NCBI GenBank assembly: GCA_964016885.1
Contig: CAXHJY010000475.1
Location: 1 to 28,727 of the forward strand
Length of the DNA stretch: 28,727 bases
Source: Eledone cirrhosa
Lineage: Eukaryota
Direction of reading: 5' to 3'
In this document: positions 11,755 through 27,039 of the stretch, in pieces
Layout of the letters: each line of letters begins with the position of its first letter
Numbering within the stretch: the first letter of the stretch is position 1
The notes under the pieces: model-generated
Database searches by the model: none
The model's input: only the letters and a program-made list of their open reading frames with translations
What the model was told of the DNA's origin: nothing
Position numbers and translations under genes: made by a program

Positions 11755-11789
<35 letters not shown>

Positions 11790-12114
11790 AACAGACACAC
11801 TCACATATATGTATATACATGTGTATATATATATATATGTGTGTGTGTGTATATGTGTGATTGTGGTGTTCAATAACCAATAACTAATAAGATGAAGCAA
11901 TACTTTTTTCTCACGTGAGAAAAAATATTCCGTCTTACACGTAAAGAATATTCTTTTATCATTATCGACCTTCTTCAATATCGATCATTGTCAATATCGA
12001 TCAGAACTTTATTTTATTTTTATTTTTATTTTTGCCATGGAAACAACAACTCCCACCAGAAACATTGAACGCACCATTTTTTAAAATTATTATTATCATT
12101 ATTATTATTAAGAC

Positions 12115-12280
12115 TGTGGTGGATTGTCAGAATCGGGAGAGCAACGGACACCATGCTTTGCCGCATAGTGTTATGGCCCTTTACTGTCTGGGTTTAAATC
12201 TCTCCGAGGTTAGCTTTACTGTTCATCCTTACGAGGTAGAGAAAATAAAGTACCAGTCACGCACTGGGGTCAATTTCATC
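12115..12280 (+). mobile_element. Diverged tRNA-derived SINE running into the minisatellite
   Basis: TGGATTGTCAGAATCGG...GGGTTTAAATCTC.CCGAGGTTAGCTTTACTGTTCATCCTTACGAGGTAGAGAAAATAAAGTACCAGT...CTGGGGTCAAT aligns with the 26857-27039 family. Confidence 0.8.
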
Positions 12281-15200
12281 ATCAACACTACAACCATTAC
12301 CTCCACCGCCACCACTAACAACAACAACACCACCACCACCACCATCAACACTACAACCATTACCTCCACCGCCAACACTAACAACAACAACACCACCACC
12401 ACCATCTACACTACAACCATTACCTCCACCGCCACCACTAACAACAACAACAACAACACCACCACAACCATCAACACTACAACCATTACCTCCACCGCCA
12501 CCACTAACAACAACAACACCACCACCACCACCATCAACACTACAACCATTACCTCCACCGCCACCACTAACAACAACAACACCACCACCACCATCAACAC
12601 TACAACCATTACCTCCACCGCCACCACTAACAACAACAACAACACCACCACCACCACCATCAACACTACAACCATTACCCCCACCGCCACCACTAACAAC
12701 AACAACACCACCACCATCAACACTACAACCATTACCTCCACCGCCACCACTAACAACAACAACAACACCACCACCACCATCAACACTACAACCATTACCT
12801 CCACCGCCACCACTAACATCAACAACAACACCACCACCACCATCAACACTACAACCATTACCTCCACCGCCACCACTAACAACAACAACAACACCACCAC
12901 CACCACCATCAACACTACAACCATTACCCCCACCGCCACCACTAACAACAACAACAACACCACCACCACCATCATCAACACTACAACCATTACCCCCACC
13001 GCCACCACTAACAACAACAACACCACCACCACCACCACCAACACTACAACCATTACCTCCACCGCCACCACTAACAACAACAACAACACCACCACCACCA
13101 CCACCAACACTACAACCATTACCTCCACCGCCACCACTAACAACAACAACAACACCACCACCACCACCATCAACACTACAACCATTACCCCCACCGCCAC
13201 CACTAACAACAACAACAACACCACCACCACCACCATCAACACTACAACCATTACCCCCACCGCCACCACTAACAACAACAACACCACCACCACCACCACC
13301 AACACTACAACCATTACCTCCACCGCCACCACTAACAACAACAACAACACCACCACCACCACCACCAACACTACAACCATTACCTCCACCGCCACCACTA
13401 ACAACAACAACACCACCGCCATCAACACTACAACCATTACCTCCACCGCCACCACTAACAACAACAACACCACCGCCATCAACACTACAACCATTACCTC
13501 CACCGCCACCACTAACAACAACAACAACACCACCACCACCACCACCAACACTACAACCATTACCTCCACCGCCACCACTAACAACAACAACACCACCGCC
13601 ATCAACACTACAACCATTACCTCCACCGCCACCACTAACAACAACAACAACAACACCACCACCACCATCAACACTACAACCATTACCTCCACCGCCACCA
13701 CTAACAACAACAACAACAACACCACCACCACCATCAACACTACAACCATTACCTCCACCGCCACCACTAACAACAACAACACCACCACCACCACCACCAA
13801 CACTACAACCATTACCTCCACCGCCACCACTAACAACAACAACACCACCACCACCACCACCAACACTACAACCATTACCCCCACCGCCACCACTAACAAC
13901 AACAACAACACCACCACCACCATCAACACTACAACCATTACCTCCACCGCCACCACTAACAACAACACCACCACCACCACCACCATCCACACTACAACCA
14001 TTACCCCCACCGCCACCACTAACAACAACAACAACACCACCACCACCATCAACACTACAACCATTACCTCCACCGCCACCACTAACAACAACAACAACAC
14101 CACCACCACCACCACCATCAACACTACAACCATTACCTCCACCGCCACCACTAACAACAACAACAACACCACCACCACCACCATCAACACTACAACCATT
14201 ACCTCCACCGCCACCACTAACAACAACAACAACAACACCACCACCACCACCATCAACGCTACAACCATTACCCCCACCGCCACCACTAACAACAACAACA
14301 ACACCACCACCACCATCAACACTACAACCATTACCTCCACCGCCACCACTAACAACAACAACAACACCACCACCACCACCATTAACACTACAACCATTAC
14401 CCCCACCGCCACCACTAACAACAACACCACCACCACCACCACCATCAACACTACAACCATTACCCCCACCGCCACCACTAACAACAACAACAACACCACC
14501 ACCACCATCAACACTACAACCATTACCCCCACCGCCACCACTAACAACAACAACACCACCACCACCACCATCAACACTACAACCATTACCCCCACCGCCA
14601 CACCACCACCACCATCAACACTACAACCATTACCCCCACCGCCACCACTAACAACAACACCACCACCACCACCACCATCAACACTACAACCATTACCCCC
14701 ACCGCCACCACTAACAACAACAACACCACCACCACCACCATCAACACTACAACCATTACCCCCACCGCCACACCACCACCACCATCAACACTACAACCAT
14801 TACCCCCACCGCCACCACTAACAACAACACCACCACCACCACCACCATCAACACTACAACCATTACCCCCACCGCCACCACTAACAACAACAACACCACC
14901 ACCACCACCATCAACACTACAACCATTACCCCCACCGCCACACCACCACCACCATCAACACTACAACCATTACCCCCACCGCCACCACTAACAACAACAC
15001 CACCACCACCACCACCATCAACACTACAACCATTACCCCCACCGCCACCACTAACAACAACAACAACACCACCACCACCATCAACACTACAACCATTACC
15101 CCCACCGCCACCACTAACAACAACAACAACACCACCACCACCACCATCAACACTACAACCATTACCCCCACCGCCACACCACCACCACCATCAACACTAC

Positions 15201-18200
15201 AACCATTACCCCCACCGCCACCACTAACAACAACAACAACACCACCACCACCATCAACACTACAACCATTACCCCCACCGCCACCACTAACAACAACAAC
15301 AACACCACCACCACCACCATCAACACTACAACCATTACCCCCACCGCCACACCACCACCACCATCAACACTACAACCATTACCCCCACTGCCACCACTAA
15401 CAACAACAACAACACCACCACCACCATCAACACTACAACCATTACCCCCACCGCCACCACTAACAACAACAACACCACCACCACCACCATCAACACTACA
15501 ACCATTACCCCCACCGCCACACCACCACCACCATCAACACTACAACCATTACCCCCACTGCCACCACTAACAACAACAACAACACCACCACCACCACCAA
15601 CACTACAACCATTACCCCCACCGCCACCACTAACAACAACAACAACAACACCACCACCACCACCAACACTACAACCATTACCTCCACCGCCACCACTAAC
15701 AACAACACCACCACCACCATCAACACTACAACCATTACCCCCACCGCCACCACTAACAACAACAACACCACCACCACCACCACCATCAACACTACAACCA
15801 TTACCCCCACCGCCACCACTAACAACAACAACAACACCACCACCACAACCATCAACACTACAACCATTACCCCCACCGCCACCACTAACAACAACAACAA
15901 CAACACCACCACCATCAACACTACAACCATTACCTCCACCGCCACCACTAACAACAACAACAACAACAACAACACCACCATCAACACTACAACCATTACC
16001 TCCACCGCCACCACTAACAACAACAACAACAACACCACCACCATCAACACTACAACCATTACCTCCACCGCCACCACTAACAACAACAACAACAACAACA
16101 ACACCACCATCAACACTACAACCATTACCTCCACCGCCACCACTAACAACAACAACAACAACACCACCACCACCATCAACACTACAACCATTACCCCCAC
16201 CGCCACCACTAACAACAACAACACCACCACCACCACCATCAACACTACAACCATTACCTCCACCGCCACCACTAACAACAACAACAACACCACCACCACC
16301 ATCAACACTACAACCATTACCTCCACCACCACCACTAACAACAGCAACACCACCACCACCACCACCACCATCAACACTACAACCATTACCTCCACCGCCA
16401 CCACTAACAACAACAACAACACCACCACCACCATCAACACTACAACCATTACCTCCACCGCCACCACTAACAACAACAACAACAACACCACCACCACCAT
16501 CAACACTACAACCATTACCCCCACCGCCACCACTAACAACAACAACACCACCACCATCAACACTACAACCATTACCTCCACCGCCACCACTAACAACAAC
16601 AACAACACCACCACCACCATCAACACTACAACCATTACCTCCACCGCCACCACTAACAACAACAACAACAACACCACCACCACCATCAACACTACAACCA
16701 TTACCCCCACCGCCACCACTAACAACAACAACACCACCACCATCAACACTACAACCATTACCTCCACCGCCACCACTAACAACAACAACACCACCACCAC
16801 CACCACTACCATCAACACTACAACCATTACCTCCACCGCCACCACTAACAACAACAACAACACCACCACCACCATCAACACTACAACCATTACCTCCACC
16901 ACCACCACTAACAACAACAACAACACCACCACCACCATCAACACTACAACCATTACCTCCACCGCCACCACTAACAACAACAACAACACCACCACCACCA
17001 TCAAAACTACAACCATTACCTCCACCGCCACCACTAACAACAACAACAACACCACCACTACCATCAACACTACAACCATTACCTCCACCGCCACCACTAA
17101 CAACAACAACAACACCACCACCACCATCAACACTACAACCATTACCTCCACCACCACCACTAACAACAACAACAACACCACCACCACCATCAACACTACA
17201 ACCATTACCTCCACCGCCACCACTAACAACAACAACACCACCACCACCACCATCAACACTACAACCATTACCTCCACCGCCACCACTAACAACAACAACA
17301 ACACCACCACTACCATCAACACTACAACCATTACCTCCACCGCCACCACTAACAACAACAACAACACCACCACCACCATCAACACTACAACCATTACCTC
17401 CACCACCACCACTAACAACAACAACAACACCACCACCACCATCAACACTACAACCATTACCTCCACCGCCACCACTAACAACAACAACAACACCACCACC
17501 ACCATTACCTCCACCGCCACCACTAACAACAACAACACCACCACAACCATCAACACTACAACCATTACCTCCACCGCCACCACTAACAACAACAACACCA
17601 CCACAACCATCAACACTACAACCATTACCTCCACCGCCACCACTAACAACAACAACAACACCACCACCACCATCAACACTACAACCATTACCTCCACCGC
17701 CACCACTAACAACAACAACAACAACACCACCACCATCAACACTACAACCATTACCTCCACCGCCACCACTAACAACAACAACAACACCACCACCACCATT
17801 ACCTCCACCGCCACCACTAACAACAACAACACCACCACAACCATCAACACTACAACCATTACCTCCACCGCCACCACTAACAACAACAACACCACCACAA
17901 CCATCAACACTACAACCATTACCTCCACCGCCACCACTAACAACAACAACAACACCACCACCATCAACACTACAACCATTACCTCCACCGCCACCACTAA
18001 CAACAACAACACCACCACCACCACCATCAACACTACAACCATTACCTCCACCGCCACCACTAACAACAACAACAACACCACCACCACCATCAACACTACA
18101 ACCATTACCTCCACCGCCACCACTAACAACAACAACAACAACACCACCACCATCAACACTACAACCATTACCTCCACCGCCACCACTAACAACAACAACA

Positions 18201-20044
18201 ACAACACCACCACAACCATCAACACTACAACCATTACCTCCACCGCCACCACTAACAACAACAACAACACCACCACCATCAACACTACAACCATTACCTC
18301 CACCGCCACCACTAACAACAACAACACCACCACCACCACCATCAACACTACAACCATTACCTCCACCGCCACCACTAACAACAACAACAACAACACCACC
18401 ACCATCAACACTACAACCATTACCCCCACCGCCACCACTAACAACAACAACAACACCACCACCACCATCAACACTACAACCATTACCTCCACCGCCACCA
18501 CTAACAACAACAACAACAACAACAACACCACCACCATCAACACTACAACCATTACCTCCACCGCCACCACTAACAACAACAACACCACCACAACCATCAA
18601 CACTACAACCATTACCTCCACCGCCACCACTAACAACAACAACAACACCACCACCACCATCAACACTACAACCATTACCTCCACCGCCACCACTAACAAC
18701 AACACCACCACCACCACCATCAACACTACAACCATTACCTCCACCGCCACCACTAACAACAACAACAACACCACCACCACCATCAACACTACAACCATTA
18801 CCTCCACCGCCACCACTAACAACAACAACAACAACACCACCACCATCAACACTACAACCATTACCCCCACCGCCACCACTAACAACAACAACAACACCAC
18901 CACCACCATCAACACTACAACCATTACCTCCACCGCCACCACTAACAACAACAACAACAACAACAACACCACCACCATCAACACTACAACCATTACCTCC
19001 ACCGCCACCACTAACAACAACACCACCACCACCACCATCAACACTACAACCATTACCTCCACCGCCACCACTAACAACAACAACAACACCACCACAACCA
19101 TCAACACTACAACCATTACCCCCACCGCCACCACTAACAACAACAACACCACCACCACCATCAACACTACAACCATTACCCCCACCGCCACCACTAACAA
19201 CAACAACAACACCACCACCACCATCAACACTACAACCATTACCTCCACCGCCACCACTAACAACAACAACAACACCACCACCATCAACACTACAACCATT
19301 ACCCCCACCGCCACCACTAACAACAACAACAACAACACCACCACCATCAACACTACAACCATTACCCCCACCGCCACCACTAACAACAACAACAACAACA
19401 CCACCACCATCAACACTACAACCATTACCCCCACCGCCACCACTAACAACAACAACAACAACACCACCACCATCAACACTACAACCATTACCTCCACCGC
19501 CACCACTAACAACAACAACAACACCACCACAACCATCAACACTACAACCATTACCCCCACCGCCACCACTAACAACAACAACACCACCACCACCATCAAC
19601 ACTACAACCATTACCCCCACCGCCACACCACCACCACCATCAACACTACAACCATTACCCCCACCGCCACACCACCACCACCATCAACACTACAACCATT
19701 ACCCCCACCGCCACCACTAACAACAACAACAACACCACCACCACCATCAACACTACAACCATTACCTCCACCGCCACCACTAACAACAACAACAACACCA
19801 CCACCATCAACACTACAACCATTACCCCCACCGCCACCACTAACAACAACAACAACAACACCACCACCATCAACACTACAACCATTACCCCCACCGCCAC
19901 CACTAACAACAACAACAACACCACCACCACCATCAACACTACAACCATTACCTCCACCGCCACCACTAACAACAACAACAACACCACCACCATCAACACT
20001 ACAACCATTACCCCCACCGCCACCACTAACAACAACAACAACAA
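12277..20044. repeat. 7.8-kb minisatellite, unit ATCAACACTACAACCATTACC(T/C)CCACCGCCACCACT(AAC)n(ACC)m, ~57-66 bp, roughly 130 copies
   Basis: Direct inspection; constant 36-nt core plus two variable triplet runs; occasional 44-bp frame-breaking units. Confidence 0.98.
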
Positions 20045-20081
20045 CCAGTCAATTCATTTTCTTTTTGTTTATCTCGCACTA

Positions 20082-20111
<30 letters not shown>

Positions 20112-20112
<1 letters not shown>

Positions 20113-20255
20113 GATGATTTCCTGCGAATGAAACAGTTCTAGACCCGTAGAAGCCATTTCTATATTAAATATACATACTCTGCTATGTATTGAGTACCTT
20201 ACTTACTGTGGTTACCCCCGATTGAACCCGGGATAAACATATACATATATATATG

Positions 20256-20291
<36 letters not shown>

Positions 20292-20441
20292 TGAGAAAGT
20301 ATGACCCCGACGGCAGCCGTCGAAACGGCTTGTGCTCTGTCGTCGGGGTCATACTTTCTCCTATTACCCACTCTACTACCCTAAGTATTGAGTACTCTGA
20401 TGCGTTATGGTCCATCTGGTTCCTTACCATATTTCCTTCGT

Positions 20442-20443
<2 letters not shown>
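20112..20443 (+). mobile_element. Module A (HHR clipped at the C of CTGA) + TA + internally deleted module B copy 3
   Basis: TGATGA-TTTC ctgc GAAT-GAAA-CAG ttctagac CCG-TA-GAAGC at 20112-20154; B from 20293 lacks the hairpin centre. Confidence 0.85.
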
Positions 20444-20507
<64 letters not shown>

Positions 20508-20555
20508 GTAATAATATATAATATATAGTCTATATTATATATATATAGAGAGATA

Positions 20556-20614
<59 letters not shown>

Positions 20615-20665
20615 ATATATATAATATAATATATAGTCTATATTATACATATATATATAGAGATA

Positions 20666-20789
<124 letters not shown>

Positions 20790-21075
20790 GTGTATATATA
20801 ATAGAAATCCATGTCAAGATGTCTTACAATAGCAGCAAGCGAGATATATTCAATAGCAACATGCCATAATACACATTACATTGGCAACAATAGAGGAGAG
20901 AAGTGTGTATATATAACATGTATATAATATATATATAATATATAATATATATAATAGCAGCAGACCACAATATAGGCGTTATACTCGCATCATGCACCAA
21001 GTAGACAATATATACTTATGTAGTTACAGCACAGTACAGTGAAGGAATATATTAGTGTTTATATGTGTATATATG

Positions 21076-21145
<70 letters not shown>

Positions 21146-21298
21146 TGTCTTTATATATATACATATATATATATATGTCTTTATACGTATATATATATAT
21201 ATATATACATATATGTCTTTATATATATGACATGACACATAGATAATGGATATTACGTACGCAACATGCGTTAGGGCAATACATATATACATATATAT

Positions 21299-21725
<427 letters not shown>

Positions 21726-21858
21726 ATAGCATTACACGGTAAGACTTGTATCAATAGAAGTATACAGCAAGGCGTGCACAATATCTTCATGGTGTATATG
21801 TTGTATACAATAGCATCACACTGCATGAAGTTGTATACAATGTTTGTATATATGCATC

Positions 21859-21892
<34 letters not shown>

Positions 21893-22425
21893 TGTATGTA
21901 TATATGTATATATGTATGTATGTATGTATATATGTATGTAAATATGTATATATATATATATATATACGTATGTATATATGTATATATATATATATGTATG
22001 TATATATGTATATATATATATATATATATGTATGTATATATGTATATATATATGTATATATATTTGTATGTATGTTCTTCTGGTTTTATAATTTCACAAG
22101 TTTTACCAATAGAGAGAGAGTCGGTTTCTAACACAGACTCAAGACTCTCCCATTGGAATTTACACAACATCAACTAGGTAGATATGTATGCATGCACGTG
22201 TATGTAGATATGGATGTTATTGTATGTGTGGATGTGTATGTTTTGAGTTGTATGTGTGCATGTGTATATGTTTTGTATCTGTACATGTGTAATGCAGTTA
22301 TTAGATGCAACATTTTTGGAATGTTTTACATATTTTTACTATTCCATTAATCGATTAATGGACTGTACTTGTATGTATGTATGTATGTATGTATGTATGT
22401 ATGTATGTATGTATGTATGTATGTA

Positions 22426-22800
22426 GGCAAATATGTTTATCTTTCTCTTAATTTAGAGTACATTTTTGACCGGCCACCTTCCTGGTGGCAAGGTTGTAAA
22501 AGAAAACAAATTGTCATCCCTTGAATCGCAAGAATGTTTTGCAAATTTTGAACATGCCAGCTATCGCAGCCATTTGTAGTCTATGAATTAGGGAGCTGTG
22601 TTCTTCGTCCACAAATCCAAGTTCAGTTATACTTTGGTCCAAGCCGGTTAGTATATAACCTGTAGCTCCAATAATGATGGGTATGAAGCTAAAAGTGTAT
22701 CTTGGATACTGGATTTGCAAGTTCCTCATCAATGGTCCGTAGATGTCATCCTTCTCCTGTATTTTTCTTACAACATTGACATCAAGTGTGCAGCTGATCT
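22426..22800 (-). mobile_element. 3' end of an RLE-type non-LTR retrotransposon (R4/Dong-like)
   Basis: Frame open from 22800: ISCTLDVNVVRKIQEKDDIYGPLMRNLQIQYPRYTFSFIPIIIGATGYI...LQMAAIAGMFKICKTFLRFKG*, matching the K..Y..L and PII.GA.G motifs of the restriction-like endonuclease C-terminus; ~90-nt 3'UTR with GCCACC/GGTGGC hairpin; ends at (TACA)n. Confidence 0.82.
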
Positions 22801-22874
22801 GTATGTATATATATTTGTATGTATATATATATGTGTGTGTGTGTATCTATATATAAATAAATGTGTAAATACCT

Positions 22875-23722
22875 TTACACAAACACACATACATTCACAC
22901 AAACAAACATACATTTACACAAACATATACATTCACAGAAACAAACACACACACATACATTCACACAAACAAACATACATTTACACAAACATATACATTC
23001 ACAGAAACAAACACACACACATACATTCACACAAACAAACATACATTTACACAAACATATACATTCACAGAAACAAACACACACACATACATTCACACAA
23101 ACAAACATACATTTACACAAACATATACATTCACAGAAACAAACACACACACATACATTCACACAAACACATACATTTACACAAACATATACATTCACAG
23201 AAACAAACACACACGCATACATTCACACAAACACATACATTTACACAAACATATACATTCACAGAAACAAACACACGCACTTACATTCACACAAACAAAC
23301 ACATACATTTACATTCACAGAAACAAACACACACACATACATTCACACAAACAAACATACATTCACACAAACAAACATACATTCACAGAAACAAACACAC
23401 ACACATACATTCACACAAACAAACATACATTTACACAAACATATACATTCACAGAAACAAACACACACACATACATTCACACAAACAAACATACATTTAC
23501 ACAAACATATACATTCACAGAAACAAACACACACACATACATTCACACAAACAAACATACATTTACACAAACATACATTCACAGAAACAAACACACACAC
23601 ATACATTCACACAAACAGACACATACATTTACACAAACATATACATTCACAGAAACAAACACACACACATACATTCACACAAACACATACATATATTCAC
23701 ACAAACAACACAAACACACACA
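22875..23722. repeat. 66-bp AC-rich minisatellite (~13 copies) built from three ACATT(C/T)ACA(C/G)AAAC sub-repeats
   Basis: 22-aa periodicity in the pseudo-ORF ([22 protein letters not shown]). Confidence 0.95.
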
Positions 23723-23862
23723 GTGAGTGACGGGCGGAAATAGCTCAAATTTATGTATAGATTTCAACGCTATCGCTTTCATTATTGACGACACGGGGTC
23801 ACTAATGATATAAGAATGAAAGTGGAAATATTATAAGGGTGAGGGCAGAGGGTCGGGCGACC

Positions 23863-24032
23863 TGTGGGATGTTGTGGGTCGTTGTATGGCGTTGTGGAGT
23901 GTTGTGGGATGTTGTATGGCGTTGTGGAGTGTTGTGGGATGTTGTGAAGCGTTGTATGGCGTTGTGGGTGTGTTGTGGGAAATTGTAGGGTGTTGTATGG
24001 CGTTGTGGGGGTGTAGTATGGCGTTGTGGGGT
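23863..24032. repeat. Decamer GTTGT(A/G)NNNN tandem repeat
   Basis: GTTGTATGGC/GTTGTGGAGT/GTTGTGGGAT units. Confidence 0.9.
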
Positions 24033-24247
24033 GAGTAGGAGGAGAGAGGGGTCGGGACATGAACCCAAACAATACAATACCGGAAGCTATGTGATGTGGC
24101 CCGCTACCGGTTCTGAGAAAACACGCCCTATTAGCTGGAATAATAGCGGTTGTTAAAGGGTATATATACACAACAGAGTGTATAGAATGTAGTCTATTGT
24201 TGTATAAACAACGAAACAATATAATGAACACAGAACTAGTTACAATG

Positions 24248-24281
<34 letters not shown>

Positions 24282-24361
24282 TATATATGTTATATTCATG
24301 TGTGTATATATATATATATAATTTATATATATTTATATTATATATATCAATATTTGTGCAT

Positions 24362-25015
24362 CAACCACCACACTAACAACACAATCACAGCTATCCACAC
24401 ACAATACACACCACACCACCACAACACCACCACCACCACACAACACCACCACCACCACTACACCACACCACACCACCACCACCACCACCACAACACCATC
24501 ACCACCGCCAACACCACACCACCACCACCACCACACCACTACACCACCACCAACACCACACAACCCCACCACCACCACAAACACCACCAACACCACACCA
24601 CACCACAAACAACAACACAATCAATGCTATCCATACACAACCACCACCACCACCACCACCACGCCACAACACCACACCACCACCACCACCACCACAACAC
24701 AACACCACCACCACCACAACACCACCACCGCCACCACCACCACCAACACAACCACCACCACCACACCACTACACCACCACCAACACCACACCACCCCATC
24801 ACCACCACACCACCACCAACACCACACCACCACCACCACACCACACCACACCACCATCACCACCACAAACAACACAATCAGTGCTATCCATACACAACCA
24901 CCACCACCACACCAACACCACCACCACCAACACCACGCCACAACACAACACCACCACCACCACCACCACCACCACCACACCACCACCACACCACCACCAC
25001 CACCACCACCACACA
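24362..25015. repeat. Degenerate (CAC/CACAC)n tract
   Basis: Direct inspection; spacer ACAATCA..GCTATCCA.ACACAA recurs at about 24381, 24617 and 24874 (~245-bp period). Confidence 0.9.
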
Positions 25016-25350
25016 ATCCTTCGCTACTGTTAATATTGGTTTAGTGGTATATCAGAATAACGGAATACTTGTCACTTAGTTCTTAGCTGGAGGCGTTTGT
25101 GTTCGGTTTGTGTTCGTTTTTACTTTTGTTGGTCTTACAATATATTCTCTTGTGTTCTGTTGCACTTATATTCTCTGTCTGTCTGGCTGGTTGTCTGTCT
25201 GTCTGCCTGTCTGTCTGTCTATATCTCTATCTGTCTGTCTGTCTGTCTCTCTATATAGATAGATATACCTGAAACTTCTCTCCAGATCTTTTGTTGATTG
25301 AGTGTATATGTGTCTGTGTATGTATGTATGTATGTATGTATGTATGTATG

Positions 25351-25394
<44 letters not shown>

Positions 25395-25417
25395 CAATAT
25401 CTTAACACAAAATATTA

Positions 25418-25477
25418 TATTTTATCTGATGAAAACACACTAAAATGTTGTGCCCTTGAAATACATATAATAAAATA
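25418..25477 (+). ncRNA. Minimal type I HHR, same family as 5237-5307, eroded stem II
   Basis: TATTTTAT-CTGATGA (25426-25432)-...CACA/TGTG...-GAAA (25458-25461)-TACATA-TA-ATAAAATA; downstream ATACTCCAGAT is shared with the minus strand of 5084-5094. Confidence 0.65.
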
Positions 25478-25607
25478 AATATGGTATTATAAAGATATTT
25501 TCCATTTATTAATATTGTTCATACTCCAGATAAATCCTGTAGAGTGCTTAAAATCTGTTATAAAATTAACTTTGTTGAGTGATAATCAACAAACCATATA
25601 TCTCATT

Positions 25608-26176
<569 letters not shown>

Positions 26177-26178
26177 AA

Positions 26179-26456
26179 ATGGAAAACGAAGAATCAGCGA
26201 TACATCGGAACACAATTTACTACGTATTACAATTGTTTCTCCGGTGAACACCTTGAGGTGCGATCTGTTTGGGGATCGAACCTGACTCTGGATTCGCAAG
26301 TTCCTCAGATACGTCTAGTGATTTCTAAAAGAGGATTTGCTTCGAAGTCACTAGACGATTCACAAACAGATCGCACCTCGAGCCGTTCGCCGGAGAAACT
26401 ATTGTAATATGTTAATAAATTGTGTTTCGATACATCACTGATTCTTCGTTTTCCAT
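26179..26456. mobile_element. Fold-back/MITE-like element, ~100-bp imperfect arms with a nested hairpin
   Basis: 26179-26278 versus 26356-26456 (ATGGAAAACGAAGAATCAG / CTGATTCTTCGTTTTCCAT); inner CGTCTAGTGATTTC / GAAGTCACTAGACG. Confidence 0.8.
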
Positions 26457-26700
26457 ATTATTATTATACTCTGCTCTGAAGGAGCATAGAGTGCTCAACC
26501 GGCTTACCGCCTATGGACGCATCCAAGCAACCTTACTACATATATATATATATCCAGGGAGTGTAACTTGGAGTTACTGTAGGGTGAGCACTCGAAGTTT
26601 AGGTTCACTTCAGTGTGGAGGTGTAGAGCTAGACAGAGTGTATTATAGTGAAATAAGATAACAAGGACGATTGGTTACTCCTTCATTACGTACATTGGTT

Positions 26701-26785
26701 GGTGACGCACGTTTCGCCACTGACCAGCTCAAGGTTCGATCTGTATCGATCTGACCTGACTCTGTAATCTACGGCTCGTCAGACC
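26701..26785 (-). ncRNA. Type I hammerhead ribozyme, GUC site, large loop 2
   Basis: Minus strand: GGT-CTGACGA-GCC[54 nt]GGC-GAAA-CG tg CG-TC-ACC; canonical G10.1-C11.1; distal TACATT/AATGTA can extend stem I. Confidence 0.72.
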
Positions 26786-26792
26786 CCTTGTA

Positions 26793-26856
<64 letters not shown>

Positions 26857-26860
<4 letters not shown>

Positions 26861-27039
26861 GTTTCTACTTTTGGCACAACGCCAGCAATTACCCAGTGTA
26901 TTACTGGTACTTTATTTTATCGACCCCATAAGGATGAAAGGCAAAGTTAACCTCGGCGGGATTTGAACTCAGAATGACAAGGGCCGTAACTCTATGCGTC
27001 AAAGCATGGCGTCCGACCCTCTACCGATACTGCCAATCC
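26857..27039 (-). mobile_element. Near-full-length tRNA-derived SINE (Meta-domain-like centre)
   Basis: A box TGGCAGTATCGG, B box GAGTTCAAATCC, centre GGTTAACTTTGCCTTTCATCCTTATGGGGTCGATAAAATAAAGTACCAG; the Meta-domain naming is from recall. Confidence 0.85.

Noticed and set aside
12032-14821. 929-aa Thr/Asn mucin-like CDS and the antisense Val/Leu or Gly/Val ORFs up to 1373 aa
   Set aside because: TTG start, N-terminus reads through a SINE, frame is broken by 44-bp units, almost no splice dinucleotides in the array; openness follows from triplet composition.
22715-23743. His/Thr-rich 342-aa and 289-aa ORFs
   Set aside because: Translations of the 66-bp AC-rich minisatellite, overlapping an antisense retroelement fragment.
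26857-27039. tRNA gene
   Set aside because: A and B boxes are present but there is no cloverleaf; multi-copy with a conserved non-tRNA body, so it is a SINE.
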